Positions 10,816 to 21,101 are shown, numbered from the stretch's first letter. The stretch is 54,468 nucleotides of DNA from Dehalococcoidia bacterium (GCA_015661155.1 JACVQK010000035.1:1-54468); one strand, 5' to 3'. Numbers and translations are program-made. Notes: generated by a model not told the origin, from the sequence alone.

Positions 10816-11214
10816 ATGACCACCAGTGATCCCATAGCCGATATGCTAACCAGGATAAGGAACGCCGTGGCGGTGCGCCATGACACGGTGCTCATGCCCG
10901 GTTCCAACGCCAAAGTGGCCCTGGCCCGGATAATGAAGGAGGAGGGGTTCATTGAGGACTTTGAGATCCTGCGGAGTGGGCCTCGGCGCTCTCTCAGGAT
11001 CCGTCTGAAGTACTGGGGTAGAAAAGAGCCTGCCATCGTCGGGCTGAAGCGGGTGAGCAAGCCCGGCCTGCGGGTGTACGTGGGGAAGAAGGAGATACCC
11101 CGATTGTACGGCGGTCTGGGAGTGGCCGTTGTGTCCACGTCCCAGGGAGTAATGACCGGCTCGGATGCCTGGCGGCACGGGATAGGAGGGGAGTTGCTTT
11201 GCTACGTGTGGTGA
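10816..11214 (+). CDS. rpsH: 30S ribosomal protein S8
   Basis: Contains [13 protein letters not shown], 132 aa. Confidence 0.97.
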   Translation: MTTSDPIADMLTRIRNAVAVRHDTVLMPGSNAKVALARIMKEEGFIEDFEILRSGPRRSLRIRLKYWGRKEPAIVGLKRVSKPGLRVYVGKKEIPRLYGGLGVAVVSTSQGVMTGSDAWRHGIGGELLCYVW

Positions 11215-11218
11215 GAAG

Positions 11219-11764
11219 ATGTCCAGAGTAGGCAATAAGCCCATCCCTGTCCCCCCTGGGGTAGAGGTGGAGATAGAGGGGAGCAGGGTGACGGTCAAGG
11301 GCGGCAAGGGTGCCCTGACCCAGTCCTTCAACTCCGACCTCTCCATTACGCGCTCTGACGGCGTAGTCAGGGTGGCGAGGCCCACCGATAGCAGGACGCA
11401 CCGCGCCCTCCATGGCCTCACCCGGGTCCTCCTGGCCAACATGGTCATCGGCGTCAGCGAGGGGTACCGGCGAAGCCTGGAGCTGGTGGGAGCGGGCTAT
11501 CGGGCCCAGCAGTCGGGGGAGAAGGTTATCTTCCAGGTTGGATTCAGTCACCCCGTGGAGGTCGCTCCTCTGCCAGGAGTTACCCTGGTGGTGGAGGGCA
11601 ACAACCGTGTCCACGTAGACGGCATTGACAAGCAGGCCGTGGGAGAGATGACGGCGCGCATTAGAAAGATACGCCGCCCCAATGCCTACACCGGCAAAGG
11701 GATACGAGTCCTGGGCGAGATCGTCCGCCTTAAACCCGGCAAGGCTGCCGGGAGAAAGAAGTAG
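11219..11764 (+). CDS. rplF: 50S ribosomal protein L6
   Basis: [12 protein letters not shown]...[14 protein letters not shown]. Confidence 0.97.
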   Translation: MSRVGNKPIPVPPGVEVEIEGSRVTVKGGKGALTQSFNSDLSITRSDGVVRVARPTDSRTHRALHGLTRVLLANMVIGVSEGYRRSLELVGAGYRAQQSGEKVIFQVGFSHPVEVAPLPGVTLVVEGNNRVHVDGIDKQAVGEMTARIRKIRRPNAYTGKGIRVLGEIVRLKPGKAAGRKK

Positions 11765-11766
11765 TC

Positions 11767-12042
11767 ATGGCCAAGGGCAGCTTGAACCACATCTACGTCC
11801 AGGTCATAGACGATGGCCTGGGTCATACCCTGGTAGCAGCCTCCAGCCTGGACTCGGAGGTCAAGGGGAGCAGCGAGTCCAAGGTCAAGGGAGATGTCTC
11901 CAGGCAGGTGGGTGCCCTGGTGGCCAGGAGGGCCAAGGAGAAGGGAATAACCCGGGTGGTCTTCGACCGCGGGGGATACAAGTATCACGGCCGGGTCAAG
12001 GCCCTGGCCGAGGCTGCCAGAGAGGAAGGGCTGGAGTTCTAA
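11767..12042 (+). CDS. rplR: 50S ribosomal protein L18, unusually short (91 aa; the N-terminal Arg-rich arm is absent)
   Basis: [16 protein letters not shown]...[26 protein letters not shown]. The ATG lies 2 nt after the rplF stop, so there is no space for the usual ~30-aa basic N-terminus. Confidence 0.88.
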   Translation: MAKGSLNHIYVQVIDDGLGHTLVAASSLDSEVKGSSESKVKGDVSRQVGALVARRAKEKGITRVVFDRGGYKYHGRVKALAEAAREEGLEF

Positions 12043-12575
12043 TGGTGGAACAGCAGAATAGGGCGCAATCCTCGGGGTTGCAGCTGACGGAGAGAGTGGT
12101 GCAAATCCGTCGCGTGACCAAGGTGGTGAAAGGTGGAAGACGCCGCGGCTTCAGCGTCATGGTGGTAGTAGGCGATGACCAGGGCCACGTGGGGATAGGG
12201 TTGGGAAAGGCCAATGCCGTTCCCGATGCCGTACGCAAAGGGGTGGCCACTGCGAGTAAGAGCCTCATCCAGGTGCCCCTGAAGGGTACTACTATTCCCC
12301 ACGAGGTGGTGGCCAGCCACGGTGCCTCCATTGTTCTCCTCAAGCCCGCTGCCCTGGGCACGGGAGTGATGGCGGGGGGGGGTGTCAGGGCGGTGGTGGA
12401 GCTGGCGGGGATACGGGATATCCTGACCAAGTCTCTGGGGAGCCCCAACCCCATCAACGTGGTCAAGGCCACCATGGCCGGTCTGTTGCAACTCAGAGAC
12501 CCAGAGAAGGAAGTGGCCCGAAGGAAGGGTGCCCGGGTTGGCGTAGTACCAGGGGGAAGAGGTAATCTTGGGTAA
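12042..12575 (+). CDS. rpsE: 30S ribosomal protein S5
   Basis: [34 protein letters not shown].... TAATG overlap with rplR. Only the 3' part of track ORF 11682..12575 is real. Confidence 0.96.
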   Translation: MVEQQNRAQSSGLQLTERVVQIRRVTKVVKGGRRRGFSVMVVVGDDQGHVGIGLGKANAVPDAVRKGVATASKSLIQVPLKGTTIPHEVVASHGASIVLLKPAALGTGVMAGGGVRAVVELAGIRDILTKSLGSPNPINVVKATMAGLLQLRDPEKEVARRKGARVGVVPGGRGNLG

Positions 12576-12753
12576 GCTACATATACGGTGGAGCAAGAGC
12601 GCTATAGGTTATCCTCGAGGGCAGGGTCTTGTCATCAGGGCCCTGGGGCTCAAGCGTCTTAACCAGGAGGTGGAGCACGAGGATAGCCCCTCCATTCTGG
12701 GGATGATTCATAAAGTGAGACACCTGGTTCAGGTACGGCGAGGAGAGGGATGA
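12568..12753 (+). CDS. rpmD: 50S ribosomal protein L30
   Basis: 61 aa, with [20 protein letters not shown]...[13 protein letters not shown] start. Confidence 0.94.
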   Translation: MGKLHIRWSKSAIGYPRGQGLVIRALGLKRLNQEVEHEDSPSILGMIHKVRHLVQVRRGEG

Positions 12754-13196
12754 GGATAGATGAGCTGAGGGCACCTCCCGGGGCCCGCCGTCCAAAGAAG
12801 CGTGTGGGGCGGGGCAACGGTAGCGGTCACGGTACCTACTCCGGTCGCGGCATAAAGGGTCAGAAGGCCCGCACCGGGGGCGGGGTACGCCTGAGCTTCG
12901 AGGGTGGACAGCTTCCTCTGACCAAGAGCCTTCCCACCCAGCGGGGTTTTGTGAACATCTTCAAGAAGTCCTACGCCACGGTGAATCTGGATATCCTGGC
13001 CCTCAACTTTCCCCAGGGGGCTGAGGTGACTCCCCTGGCCTTGAAGGAGGCCCGTCTGGTCAAGGGATTGAACCTGCCGGTCAAGGTGCTGGGCCGGGGC
13101 GAGATGGACAGGGCCCTCACGGTGAAGGCTCACAGCTTCTCCCGGGAGGCCAAGCGCAAGATAGAGGCCGCCGGAGGAAAGGCAGTGGAGCTGTAG
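12750..13196 (+). CDS. rplO: 50S ribosomal protein L15
   Basis: Contains GRGNGSGHGTYSGRGIKGQKAR. Confidence 0.97.
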   Translation: MRIDELRAPPGARRPKKRVGRGNGSGHGTYSGRGIKGQKARTGGGVRLSFEGGQLPLTKSLPTQRGFVNIFKKSYATVNLDILALNFPQGAEVTPLALKEARLVKGLNLPVKVLGRGEMDRALTVKAHSFSREAKRKIEAAGGKAVEL

Positions 13197-13197
13197 C

Positions 13198-14541
13198 ATG
13201 ATGCGTCCTACCCAGATAGCCAGAGCAGAGGCAGGGGCTCCCAGGCTGTTGCAGTCCCTCATGGACGCCATGAGGGTGCCCGATTTGAGGGCACGGCTCC
13301 TCTTCGTCTTTGCCATGCTGGTGGTGTTTCGGTTCCTGGCCCATGTTCCCGTGCCGGGAGTAGAGAAACAGGCCCTGGACAACTTCTTCCGCGAGAATGC
13401 CCTCTTCGGCTTCCTGGACATCTTCAGTGGCGGGGCCTTGCGTAATCTGAGCGTGGTGGCTCTGGGGGTGTATCCCTACATCACCGCCTCCATAATCATT
13501 CAGCTCATGGTGCCCGTGTTTCCCCAGCTCAAAGAGCTCAGCAAAGAGGGAGAGGCGGGACGCCAGAAGATAAACCAGATGACTCACTGGCTTACTTTAC
13601 CCATTGCCGCCCTCCAGGGCTATGGTCAGTTGGCTCTGCTTCAGCGGGCTGGGGCCGTCAGCGGTGTGGGCATGTCAGGGGACCTGTTGTTGCCCACTCT
13701 AGCCATGGTGATCTCTCTGATAGCGGGCACCGTGTTCCTGGTGTGGCTGGGGGAGCTGATAACGGAGAAGGGCATAGGAAACGGCGTCTCCGTAATCATC
13801 TTCGCGGGGATAGTGGCCTCTCTGCCCCAGATGGTGGGCCAGGGGTTTCTGGAGAGGGATAACGTCGGTGGCCTGCTCCTCCTGGGTATCCTGGGGGTGC
13901 TCATGGTGTTTTTCATAGTGGTGTTCACCGAGGCGGAGCGGCGCATACCCGTCCAGTACGGGCGGGCGGTTTTCCGGAGTGGACGCATGTACCGGCAAGG
14001 GGGAGCCACCCACCTCCCCATCAGGGTCAACTCAGCGGGCATGATCCCCCTCATCTTCGCCTTCTCCCTCATGATTTTCCCCGGCGTCGTGGCCAGCTAC
14101 TTCCTCGATCCCACCAGCACCTCCTTCGTCAGCCGGGCAGCGGACTTCGTCCAGGGCCTCCTTAGCCCCACGGGGGTGTTCTACTGGGTGTTGGCTTTCA
14201 TCCTGGTCATACTCTTCACCTTCTTCTACGCCATCATCGTGTTCCGGCAACAGAACCTGGCGGAGACCTTGCAGCGTAACGGTGGATTCATCCCCGGAAT
14301 ACGGCCTGGGCACTCCACGGCGGAGTACCTGAACCGCATCATTCTAAGGGTGACGTGGGGGGGTGCCATATTCCTGGGCCTGGTGGCGGTGCTGCCCTTC
14401 CTTGCCACCCAGGCTACCGATGTGCGCGCCCTTCAGCTCCCCAGCATAGGGCTGCTCATCGTGGTAGGGGTGGCTCTGGACACCATGAGACAGCTGGAGG
14501 CTCAGCTCCTCATGCGACACTACGAGGGATTCATAAAGTAG
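13198..14541 (+). CDS. secY: Preprotein translocase subunit SecY
   Basis: 447 aa, 10-TM pattern, with GELITEKGIGNGVSVIIFAGI. Confidence 0.97.
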   Translation: MMRPTQIARAEAGAPRLLQSLMDAMRVPDLRARLLFVFAMLVVFRFLAHVPVPGVEKQALDNFFRENALFGFLDIFSGGALRNLSVVALGVYPYITASIIIQLMVPVFPQLKELSKEGEAGRQKINQMTHWLTLPIAALQGYGQLALLQRAGAVSGVGMSGDLLLPTLAMVISLIAGTVFLVWLGELITEKGIGNGVSVIIFAGIVASLPQMVGQGFLERDNVGGLLLLGILGVLMVFFIVVFTEAERRIPVQYGRAVFRSGRMYRQGGATHLPIRVNSAGMIPLIFAFSLMIFPGVVASYFLDPTSTSFVSRAADFVQGLLSPTGVFYWVLAFILVILFTFFYAIIVFRQQNLAETLQRNGGFIPGIRPGHSTAEYLNRIILRVTWGGAIFLGLVAVLPFLATQATDVRALQLPSIGLLIVVGVALDTMRQLEAQLLMRHYEGFIK

Positions 14542-14551
14542 GGAGTAAGAG

Positions 14552-15205
14552 TTGCGCATCATCATCTTGGGCCCTCCAGGGGCTGGGAAAGGCACTCAGG
14601 CGAAGGTTGTGGCCGATAGTTTGGGCATTGCTCACATCGCCTCGGGAGACCTCCTCCGGGACCATCAGGAGAGGGGCACCAAGCTGGGGAGCATGGCCCG
14701 CTCCTACATGCAACAGGGACTGCTGGTGCCGGACGACGTGATTATCGGGATGATAGAAGAGCGACTCCACTCCTCGGATGCCCAGAGGGGGTATGTCCTG
14801 GACGGCTTCCCTCGCACCCTGGAGCAGGCCCGGGCCCTGGACAAGACCATGGAGAAGGAGGGGCAGCGCATCGATCTGGCGGTGAACATCCGGGTCTCCG
14901 AAAAGGAGCTGATAAGGCGGCTGGGCGGCAGGTTGGTCTGCCGGCGATGCCAGAGACCGTACCACGAGGTGAGCTCTCCACCCCGCAAGAGGGGTGTATG
15001 TGATGAGTGCGGGGGGGAGCTGTACCAGAGGGAGGACGACACTTCCGAGGCGGTGCGCCGGCGGATACAGGTGTATGCAAAACAGACCGCTCCTCTGATA
15101 CAATACTACTATGAGAGGGGAGGTCTGGTGGAGATAGACGGCGAGGGGAGCATAGATGAGGTGAGGGACTCTCTCCTGAAGACAATGCCAAAGGCAGGGG
15201 TTTAG
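14552..15205 (+). CDS. adk: Adenylate kinase (Cys4 zinc lid)
   Basis: ILGPPGAGKGTQ P-loop; lid CRRC...CDEC; TTG start. Confidence 0.96.
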   Translation: MRIIILGPPGAGKGTQAKVVADSLGIAHIASGDLLRDHQERGTKLGSMARSYMQQGLLVPDDVIIGMIEERLHSSDAQRGYVLDGFPRTLEQARALDKTMEKEGQRIDLAVNIRVSEKELIRRLGGRLVCRRCQRPYHEVSSPPRKRGVCDECGGELYQREDDTSEAVRRRIQVYAKQTAPLIQYYYERGGLVEIDGEGSIDEVRDSLLKTMPKAGV

Positions 15206-15996
15206 TGGGAACGCAAGGGGTCTTTATAGGGGTACAGTCAGGGGAGCGAGGCATAACCCTCAAGTCCCCCAGGGAGCTCGCGCTCATGCGCCAGGCGGGC
15301 AAGGTGGTGGCCCAAACCATCGCCGTCCTGGAGGAGGCCCTGCGGCCCGGCATGAAGACCAGGGAGCTGGATGAAATAGCCTTTCGGGAGATCAAGAGGC
15401 AGGGCGCCAAACCCTCCTTCAAGGGCTACCGGGGTTATCCCTGCACCATCTGCGTATCCATCAACAACGAAATCGTCCACGGTATCCCCGGGGAGCGTCT
15501 TATCCAGGAGGGGGACCTGGTGAGCCTGGATGTGGGAGCTGTGGTGGGGGGGTTCCACGGGGACGCCGCGGTAACCGTGGGAGCGGGGCGGATCTCGCCA
15601 GAGGCGGCGGACCTGATAGAGGTGACCAGGGAGGCTCTGGAGCGGGGGATACAGGCGGCTAGGCCAGGCTCCAGAATAGGGGACATATCCTGGGCGGTGC
15701 AGTCCTTTGCGGAGGGGAGGGGCTACTCGGTGGTGCGACAGTACGTGGGCCATGGTATAGGCAGGGCCCTTCACGAAGAGCCCGCGGTGCCCAACTTTGG
15801 CCCTCCGGACTCCGGCCCTCTGCTCCGAAAGGGCATGGTCATCGCCATAGAGCCCATGGTCAACGTGGGAGGGTGGCAGACCCGGGTCCTGGGCGACAGC
15901 TGGACTGTGGTGACCGCAGATGAGAGCCTCTCCGCTCACTTCGAGAACACCCTGGCCATCACTGACGGTGAGCCGGAAGTCCTCACGCGGTTATAG
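15205..15996 (+). CDS. map: Type I methionine aminopeptidase
   Basis: ITLKSPRELALMRQAG..., with metal ligands in DVGAVVGGFHGD, HGIG and the EP/E motifs. GTG start overlaps the adk TAG by 1 nt. Confidence 0.95.
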   Translation: MGTQGVFIGVQSGERGITLKSPRELALMRQAGKVVAQTIAVLEEALRPGMKTRELDEIAFREIKRQGAKPSFKGYRGYPCTICVSINNEIVHGIPGERLIQEGDLVSLDVGAVVGGFHGDAAVTVGAGRISPEAADLIEVTREALERGIQAARPGSRIGDISWAVQSFAEGRGYSVVRQYVGHGIGRALHEEPAVPNFGPPDSGPLLRKGMVIAIEPMVNVGGWQTRVLGDSWTVVTADESLSAHFENTLAITDGEPEVLTRL

Positions 15997-16038
15997 TTAT
16001 AATATGGTGGGTATTCTGAGGAAGGGCTGTACAAGATA

Positions 16039-16257
16039 ATGCCAAAGAAAGCTGGCCTGGAGGTGGAGGGAACGGTGGTGGAGTCTCTACCCAACGCCAT
16101 GTTCCGGGTGGACCTGGCCAATGGCCACCGGGTTCTGGCCCACGCGTCGGGTAAGATAAGGGTGCACTTCATCCGGGTGCTGCTGGGAGACAAGGTCCTG
16201 GTAGAGCTTTCGCCCTACGACCTGACCCGGGGCCGGATCACGTACCGCTTCAAGTAA
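16039..16257 (+). CDS. infA: Translation initiation factor IF-1
   Basis: 72 aa S1-like OB fold ([31 protein letters not shown]). Confidence 0.97.
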   Translation: MPKKAGLEVEGTVVESLPNAMFRVDLANGHRVLAHASGKIRVHFIRVLLGDKVLVELSPYDLTRGRITYRFK

Positions 16258-16271
16258 GTAAGGGAGGTATC

Positions 16272-16385
16272 ATGAAGGTCCAGGCATCGGTGAAGGTGAG
16301 GTGTGCGAAGTGCAAGGTGATCCGAAGAGAAGGTGTGGTGAGAATCATCTGTGAGAACACCAAGCACAAGCAGAGACAGGGATAG
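16272..16385 (+). CDS. rpmJ: 50S ribosomal protein L36 (37 aa; below the ORF-track size cutoff)
   Basis: My own translation gives [37 protein letters not shown] with stop TAG. An SD GGGAGG lies upstream. Confidence 0.95.
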   Translation: MKVQASVKVRCAKCKVIRREGVVRIICENTKHKQRQG

Positions 16386-16401
16386 AAGGTAAGGAGAAGA
16401 C

Positions 16402-16785
16402 ATGGCTAGGATTGCGGGTATAGACATACCTGATGATAAGCGGTTGGACTTCTCCTTGCGCCGTATCCACGGCATAGGCCCTGTCATCGCCCAAAGGGTG
16501 GCCGTCAAGGCGGGTGTGGAGGGCAACCCCCGGGTAAGGGACCTGAGCGAGGAGGAGCTGAACCGCATTCGGGAGACCATTGACCGGGAGTATAAGGTTG
16601 AGGGGGACCTGCGGCGTGAGGTGAATGGCAATATCCGCAGGCTGATAGACATCGGCACCTACCGTGGCCTGCGCCACCGTCGCGGCCTTCCTGTAAGGGG
16701 ACAGCGTACCCGAACCAACGCCAGAACCAAGCGGGGGAGTCGCAGGACCGTGGCCGGACGGGGCCGCGTAGGGACTAGAAAGTAA
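16402..16785 (+). CDS. rpsM: 30S ribosomal protein S13
   Basis: [10 protein letters not shown]..., 127 aa. Confidence 0.97.
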   Translation: MARIAGIDIPDDKRLDFSLRRIHGIGPVIAQRVAVKAGVEGNPRVRDLSEEELNRIRETIDREYKVEGDLRREVNGNIRRLIDIGTYRGLRHRRGLPVRGQRTRTNARTKRGSRRTVAGRGRVGTRK

Positions 16786-16795
16786 GGAGCGAGGC

Positions 16796-17185
16796 ATGGT
16801 CAGACAGAGACCCAGGGGCAAGAAGCGCGAGAGGAAGTTCGTTCCCCAGGGGAAGGTCTACATTCAGTCCACCTTCAACAACACCGTGATCAGCCTTACC
16901 GACCTCCAGGGCAACCTTCTAGCCTGGGGCAGCGCGGGGACGGTGGGTTTCAAGGGCTCCCGGAAGGGCACCGCTTTTGCCGCCCAAAGAGCAGCGGAGA
17001 CTGCCGCCAGGAAAGCCATGGAGCACGGGCTGAGACAGGTTGAGGTGTACATAAGAGGCCCCGGCTCTGGGCGGGAGGTGGCCATCCGCTCTCTTCAATC
17101 AGCGGGGCTGGTCATTACCAGCATACGAGACGTGACACCAGTACCTCACAATGGGTGCCGCCCGCCCAAGAGCAGGCGGGTGTAG
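16796..17185 (+). CDS. rpsK: 30S ribosomal protein S11
   Basis: 129 aa, with [18 protein letters not shown]...[12 protein letters not shown]. Confidence 0.97.
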   Translation: MVRQRPRGKKRERKFVPQGKVYIQSTFNNTVISLTDLQGNLLAWGSAGTVGFKGSRKGTAFAAQRAAETAARKAMEHGLRQVEVYIRGPGSGREVAIRSLQSAGLVITSIRDVTPVPHNGCRPPKSRRV

Positions 17186-17230
17186 GGGTGAGGTTAACCG
17201 ACAGCTCTCTGGAGGTCAAGAGGAGATAGT

Positions 17231-17857
17231 ATGGCCAGGTATACCGATCCTGTTTGCAGGCTTTGCCGTCGCGCTACGGTCAAGCTTTTCCTCAAAGGGG
17301 AGCGTTGTTACACCCCCCGCTGCGCCGTGGAACGTCGGAGGAAGCCCCCCGGCAATCAACCTATGAGAAGACGGCGGACCTCGGAGTGGGGGACGCAGCT
17401 AAGGGAGAAGCAGAAGGTTCGCCAGATATATGGAGTCCTGGAAAGGCAATTCAAGAGGTACTTCGACGAAGCCCGGCGTCGCCGGAGCACGACGGGCCCG
17501 TACCTGCTCCAACTCCTGGAGACGCGCCTGGACAGCGTGGTGTTCCGTCTCAACTTCGCCGATTCCCGGAGCCAGGCTCGGCAGCTGGTCAGTCACGGGC
17601 ACCTCACCGTTAACGGTCGCAAGGTCGATATCCCGTCGTATCGGGTCAAGGTGAACGATGTAATCGGGTGGAAGGAGACCAGCAAGAAAACCGGGTACTA
17701 CGTCCAGATGGCCGGGGAGATACCCAAGCGGCCCATGCCTGAGTGGCTCAACTTGGACGTGGAGGCTATGGCTGGGCGGGTGCTTTCCCTCCCCGACCCC
17801 TCGAAGATAGACAACGGAGTAGACGTGCGTTTGGTGGTAGAGTACTACTCCAAATAG
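17231..17857 (+). CDS. rpsD: 30S ribosomal protein S4 (Cys-rich N-terminus)
   Basis: MARYTDPVCRLCRR...CYTPRC, with an S4 RNA-binding domain. Confidence 0.97.
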   Translation: MARYTDPVCRLCRRATVKLFLKGERCYTPRCAVERRRKPPGNQPMRRRRTSEWGTQLREKQKVRQIYGVLERQFKRYFDEARRRRSTTGPYLLQLLETRLDSVVFRLNFADSRSQARQLVSHGHLTVNGRKVDIPSYRVKVNDVIGWKETSKKTGYYVQMAGEIPKRPMPEWLNLDVEAMAGRVLSLPDPSKIDNGVDVRLVVEYYSK

Positions 17858-17872
17858 CTAAGGAGCACTTTT

Positions 17873-18913
17873 GTGGTAGAAGGAGCGGTCTTGGAAGAGG
17901 TTCCTAAACTAGAGATTCGGGTATTAGAGGCCCAAGAGAGCTACGCCAGATTTGCCGTAGAGCCCTTGGAGCCGGGCTACGGGATTACCCTGGGGAACCC
18001 CATGCGCAGGGTGCTCCTCACCTCTATCCCTGGCACCGCGGTGACGTGGGTCAAGATAGAGGGCGTTCTCCACGAGTTCTCCACGGTTCCTCACATGAAG
18101 GAGGATGTGACTGAGTTCCTTATCAACGTGAAGGCCCTGCGCCTGAAATCCCTGGCGGACAGGCCCGGGAAACTTCGCCTGGAGATATCTCGGGAGGGAG
18201 AGGTGTGCGCGAGGGATATCATCGCCTCCTCCGACTTTGAGATTGTCAACCCTGATCTCCACCTGGCCACTCTGGACTCTCCTGATGTCCTGCTCTCGGT
18301 GGAGTTCAACGTGGAGCAGGGCAAGGGATACGTGCCCGCGGGGCTTCTTGTGGAGGGACTGCCCATAGGGGTCCTCCCGGTGGATGCCATCTTCAGTCCA
18401 GTACGCAAGGTGAACTACAGCGTGGAGCACACTCGGGTGGGGCAGATCACCAACTACGAGCGGCTGATCCTGGACGTGTGGACCGACGGCACTGTCAACC
18501 CCGTGGAGGCGGTGAAGGAGGGAGCGGAGCTCCTGCTGGAGCGGTTCTTCCTCTTCGCCAACGCAGACAAGGCTGGAGAGGGCACCGTGGAGAGGCCCTC
18601 CTTTGCTGCCACCATTCCCATGGAGCAGTACAACACCCCAATAGAGAGACTGGAGCTCTCATCCCGCACCCTCAACTGCCTCAAAAGGAGCAACATCAAC
18701 AAGGTGGGGCAGGTGCTGGAGATGGATGAAGCAGACCTTCTGAAGATACGAAACTTCGGGGACAAGTCCCTGGAGGAGCTGTATGGCAAGCTCAGGGAGT
18801 TCGGCTTTCTACCAGAGAAGGTAGCCTCGGAGGAAATCCCGGCTGGGCAGGCTTCCCCCCTGGAGGGGAAAGACGGGTCTGAGACCAAGGCGGGAGCCAT
18901 GGAGGAAGCATGA
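17873..18913 (+). CDS. rpoA: DNA-directed RNA polymerase subunit alpha
   Basis: 346 aa. N-terminal assembly domain (GYGITLGNPMRRVLL) and a CTD (LSSRTLNCLKRSNINKVGQV). Confidence 0.97.
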   Translation: MVEGAVLEEVPKLEIRVLEAQESYARFAVEPLEPGYGITLGNPMRRVLLTSIPGTAVTWVKIEGVLHEFSTVPHMKEDVTEFLINVKALRLKSLADRPGKLRLEISREGEVCARDIIASSDFEIVNPDLHLATLDSPDVLLSVEFNVEQGKGYVPAGLLVEGLPIGVLPVDAIFSPVRKVNYSVEHTRVGQITNYERLILDVWTDGTVNPVEAVKEGAELLLERFFLFANADKAGEGTVERPSFAATIPMEQYNTPIERLELSSRTLNCLKRSNINKVGQVLEMDEADLLKIRNFGDKSLEELYGKLREFGFLPEKVASEEIPAGQASPLEGKDGSETKAGAMEEA

Positions 18914-19263
18914 GACACGGAGTATCGGGTCGACAGTTCAGCCGTAACACCGGGCACCGGTTGCTGATGTTCCGCAACCAGGTGACGGACGTGCTCCGCC
19001 ATGAGCGAATCCGCACCACCGAGGCCAAGGCCAAGGAGGTGCAGAGCATGGTGGAGAATATCATCACCATGGGCAAGAAGGGGACTCTTAACCACCGCCG
19101 CCAGGCCCTGGCCTTTGTTACCGACGAAGACGTGACAAAAAAGGTGTTTGACGAGCTGGCCCAGCGGTACGCCACCAGGCAGGGTGGTTACACCAGGGTG
19201 GTGAAGATGGGGCCCAGGAAGGGCGACGGCGCTGCCATGGCCCTTCTGGAGCTGGTGTCGTGA
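18910..19263 (+). CDS. rplQ: 50S ribosomal protein L17
   Basis: Begins MRHGVSGRQFSRNTGHR. Confidence 0.97.
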   Translation: MRHGVSGRQFSRNTGHRLLMFRNQVTDVLRHERIRTTEAKAKEVQSMVENIITMGKKGTLNHRRQALAFVTDEDVTKKVFDELAQRYATRQGGYTRVVKMGPRKGDGAAMALLELVS

Positions 19264-19295
19264 GCGGCATAGGGAGAGGGAGAGAGGACTTGATC

Positions 19296-20114
19296 ATGGA
19301 GGAGATCCGCCGCCTGGCGCTGCTGGTGGAGTACGAAGGCACCAGGTATCACGGCTTTCAGTATCAGGAGGGCGTCTCCTCCGTTCAGGGGGAGCTGGAA
19401 GAGGCCCTCTATCGCCTCACCGGAGAGCGTCGGCGTATAAAGGGGGCAGGCCGCACCGATGCCGGCGTTCATGCCCGGGGACAGGTGGTGGCCTTCGACA
19501 CCTGGGCTACCTACTCCCCCGCGGTCTTCGCTAACGCCCTCAACCACTATCTGCCGGAGGACATCTCGGTGAGGGAGGCTCGTGAGGTGCCCCTGGATTT
19601 TGATCCCCGTAGATGGGCCTTCAGCAGGGAGTACCGCTATCAAATTCTGAACAGCGCAGCCCCGTCGCCGCTGCTCCGTGGGTTTGTCCACCTGGTGAGG
19701 AGGCCCCTGGACCTGATGGCTATGCAGGAGGCGGCGCAGCTCCTGGAGGGAGAGAGGGACTTCGCCCCCTTCGCTGGGCGGCTCCCTGCCGGAAGGAGTG
19801 GCACCAGGCGGAAGATGTACAGGTGCTCCGTCGGCGGAGGGGCCGATTTGATAGCTCTGACCATGGTCGCCAATGGCTTTCTCCCTCAGCAGGTGCGGCG
19901 CACTGCCGGCGCTCTGCTGGAGGTTGGCCTGGGTCGCCTCAGCCTCCAGGAGTTCACGGTTCTCGCCGGGTGCGGCGTGCCGGGGGCTGCCTGTAAGGCT
20001 CTTCCCCCCGAGGGCCTGTTCCTGGTCAGGGTGAGCTATCCTGACCTCTGCTTCTCCGCGGGGGATGCGGAAGATGTATGGCAGCACATGGCTCTTGCGG
20101 CAGGTGCCAAATGA
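19296..20114 (+). CDS. truA: tRNA pseudouridine(38-40) synthase TruA
   Basis: [16 protein letters not shown]...[18 protein letters not shown] 19296 sits behind a purine-rich SD; the track start GTG 19260 is also possible. Confidence 0.93.
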   Translation: MEEIRRLALLVEYEGTRYHGFQYQEGVSSVQGELEEALYRLTGERRRIKGAGRTDAGVHARGQVVAFDTWATYSPAVFANALNHYLPEDISVREAREVPLDFDPRRWAFSREYRYQILNSAAPSPLLRGFVHLVRRPLDLMAMQEAAQLLEGERDFAPFAGRLPAGRSGTRRKMYRCSVGGGADLIALTMVANGFLPQQVRRTAGALLEVGLGRLSLQEFTVLAGCGVPGAACKALPPEGLFLVRVSYPDLCFSAGDAEDVWQHMALAAGAK

Positions 20115-20529
20115 AGACCTACTCCCCTAAACTCTCCGAATTGCAGTCCAGTTGGCACGTGTTCGACGCCACGGGCAAGACCCTGGGTCGTCTGGCCACC
20201 GAGGTGGCGGTACTGCTTCAAGGGAAGCATAAGCCCACCTATGCAAGCTTCAGAGCAAGTACCCCGACCGGGTTCTCCGCCATGCCGTGCGGGGGATGCT
20301 GCCCAAGAATACCCTGGGGGACCACATGCTTCGACGCCTCAAGATTTACTCTGGGGAGTCTCATCCCCATGAGTCCCAGGTAAAGTCACCGGCCAATATG
20401 GAGGCCCAGTCTCATATTCAGGAGCTACCGGCGGCACCGGCGAGCTCTCCGCACGTGGAGGGCCGGGAGGTGGAGCAACTCCCGCAGACGCTCGCCGAGG
20501 AAACCCCTGATAAGAAGGTAGAGGGGTAA
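20111..20529 (+). pseudogene. rplM: 50S ribosomal protein L13, interrupted by an internal ~46-codon out-of-frame deletion, plus a ~45-aa acidic C-terminal extension
   Basis: Frame A reads [44 protein letters not shown] and then nonsense up to a stop at 20383. Frame B, from ~20245, reads [45 protein letters not shown].... The conserved middle (HVDTGD...YYRHSGYPGG) is absent. The junction lies at AAGCTT 20245-20250. Confidence 0.85.
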
Positions 20530-20530
20530 G

Positions 20531-20926
20531 ATGACCGAGGAGCACTACTACTATGGAACGGGGAAGAGGAAGGCCTCGATAGCCCAGGTGAGGTTGTACC
20601 CGGGCCGTGAGGGATTCACCGTAAACGACAAGCCCATGGAGGCGGCCTTTCCGTGGCCTGCGTGGCAGTCCACCATCCTGGAGCCCCTGAAAGTGACCGA
20701 TACCCAGGGCAAATTCGGTATAGTGGCCAAGCTCCACGGTGGCGGGGTGGTCAGCGGGGCTGGGGCCCTCCGCCACGGTATCGCCCGCGCCCTGCTGCTC
20801 TCTGGCCTTGACCTGAGGGCCGTTCTCAAGAAGCGCGGCCTTCTCACCCGGGACTCGCGGATCAAGGAGAGCAAGAAGTACGGCCTCAAGCGCGCCAGAA
20901 GAGCGCCTCAGTACACCAAGCGCTAA
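20531..20926 (+). CDS. rpsI: 30S ribosomal protein S9
   Basis: 131 aa, with GGGVVSGAGALRHGIARAL, ending RRAPQYTKR. Confidence 0.97.
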   Translation: MTEEHYYYGTGKRKASIAQVRLYPGREGFTVNDKPMEAAFPWPAWQSTILEPLKVTDTQGKFGIVAKLHGGGVVSGAGALRHGIARALLLSGLDLRAVLKKRGLLTRDSRIKESKKYGLKRARRAPQYTKR

Positions 20927-20960
20927 TACCTCCTTGCGAAAGAGGCGCGTACGAAAAGCC

Positions 20961-21019
20961 GATCACCCTGAGCCTGTCGAACCAAGAGTGGCTCGCCCTT
21001 CGACAGGCTCAGGGTGATC
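20961..21019. repeat. Perfect 21-bp-stem hairpin (GATCACCCTGAGCCTGTCGAA / TTCGACAGGCTCAGGGTGATC, 17-nt loop); member of the TGAGCYTGTCGAACC repeat family
   Basis: Both arms read directly from the sequence. It lies 35 nt after the rpsI stop. There is no U-tract, so it is not a canonical intrinsic terminator. Confidence 0.85.
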
Positions 21020-21101
21020 GGGTCTGTTGCCGATCCCTTGCACGTGAACTTGTGCAACCAAGCGCTAGGCTTGTTCATAAATGACTCCGAAAGGTGCGGG
21101 T

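Noticed and set aside
11682-12041. 5' portion of the 297-aa track ORF 11682-12575
   Set aside because: It overlaps rplF and rplR in another frame. Only the part from ATG 12042 is S5.
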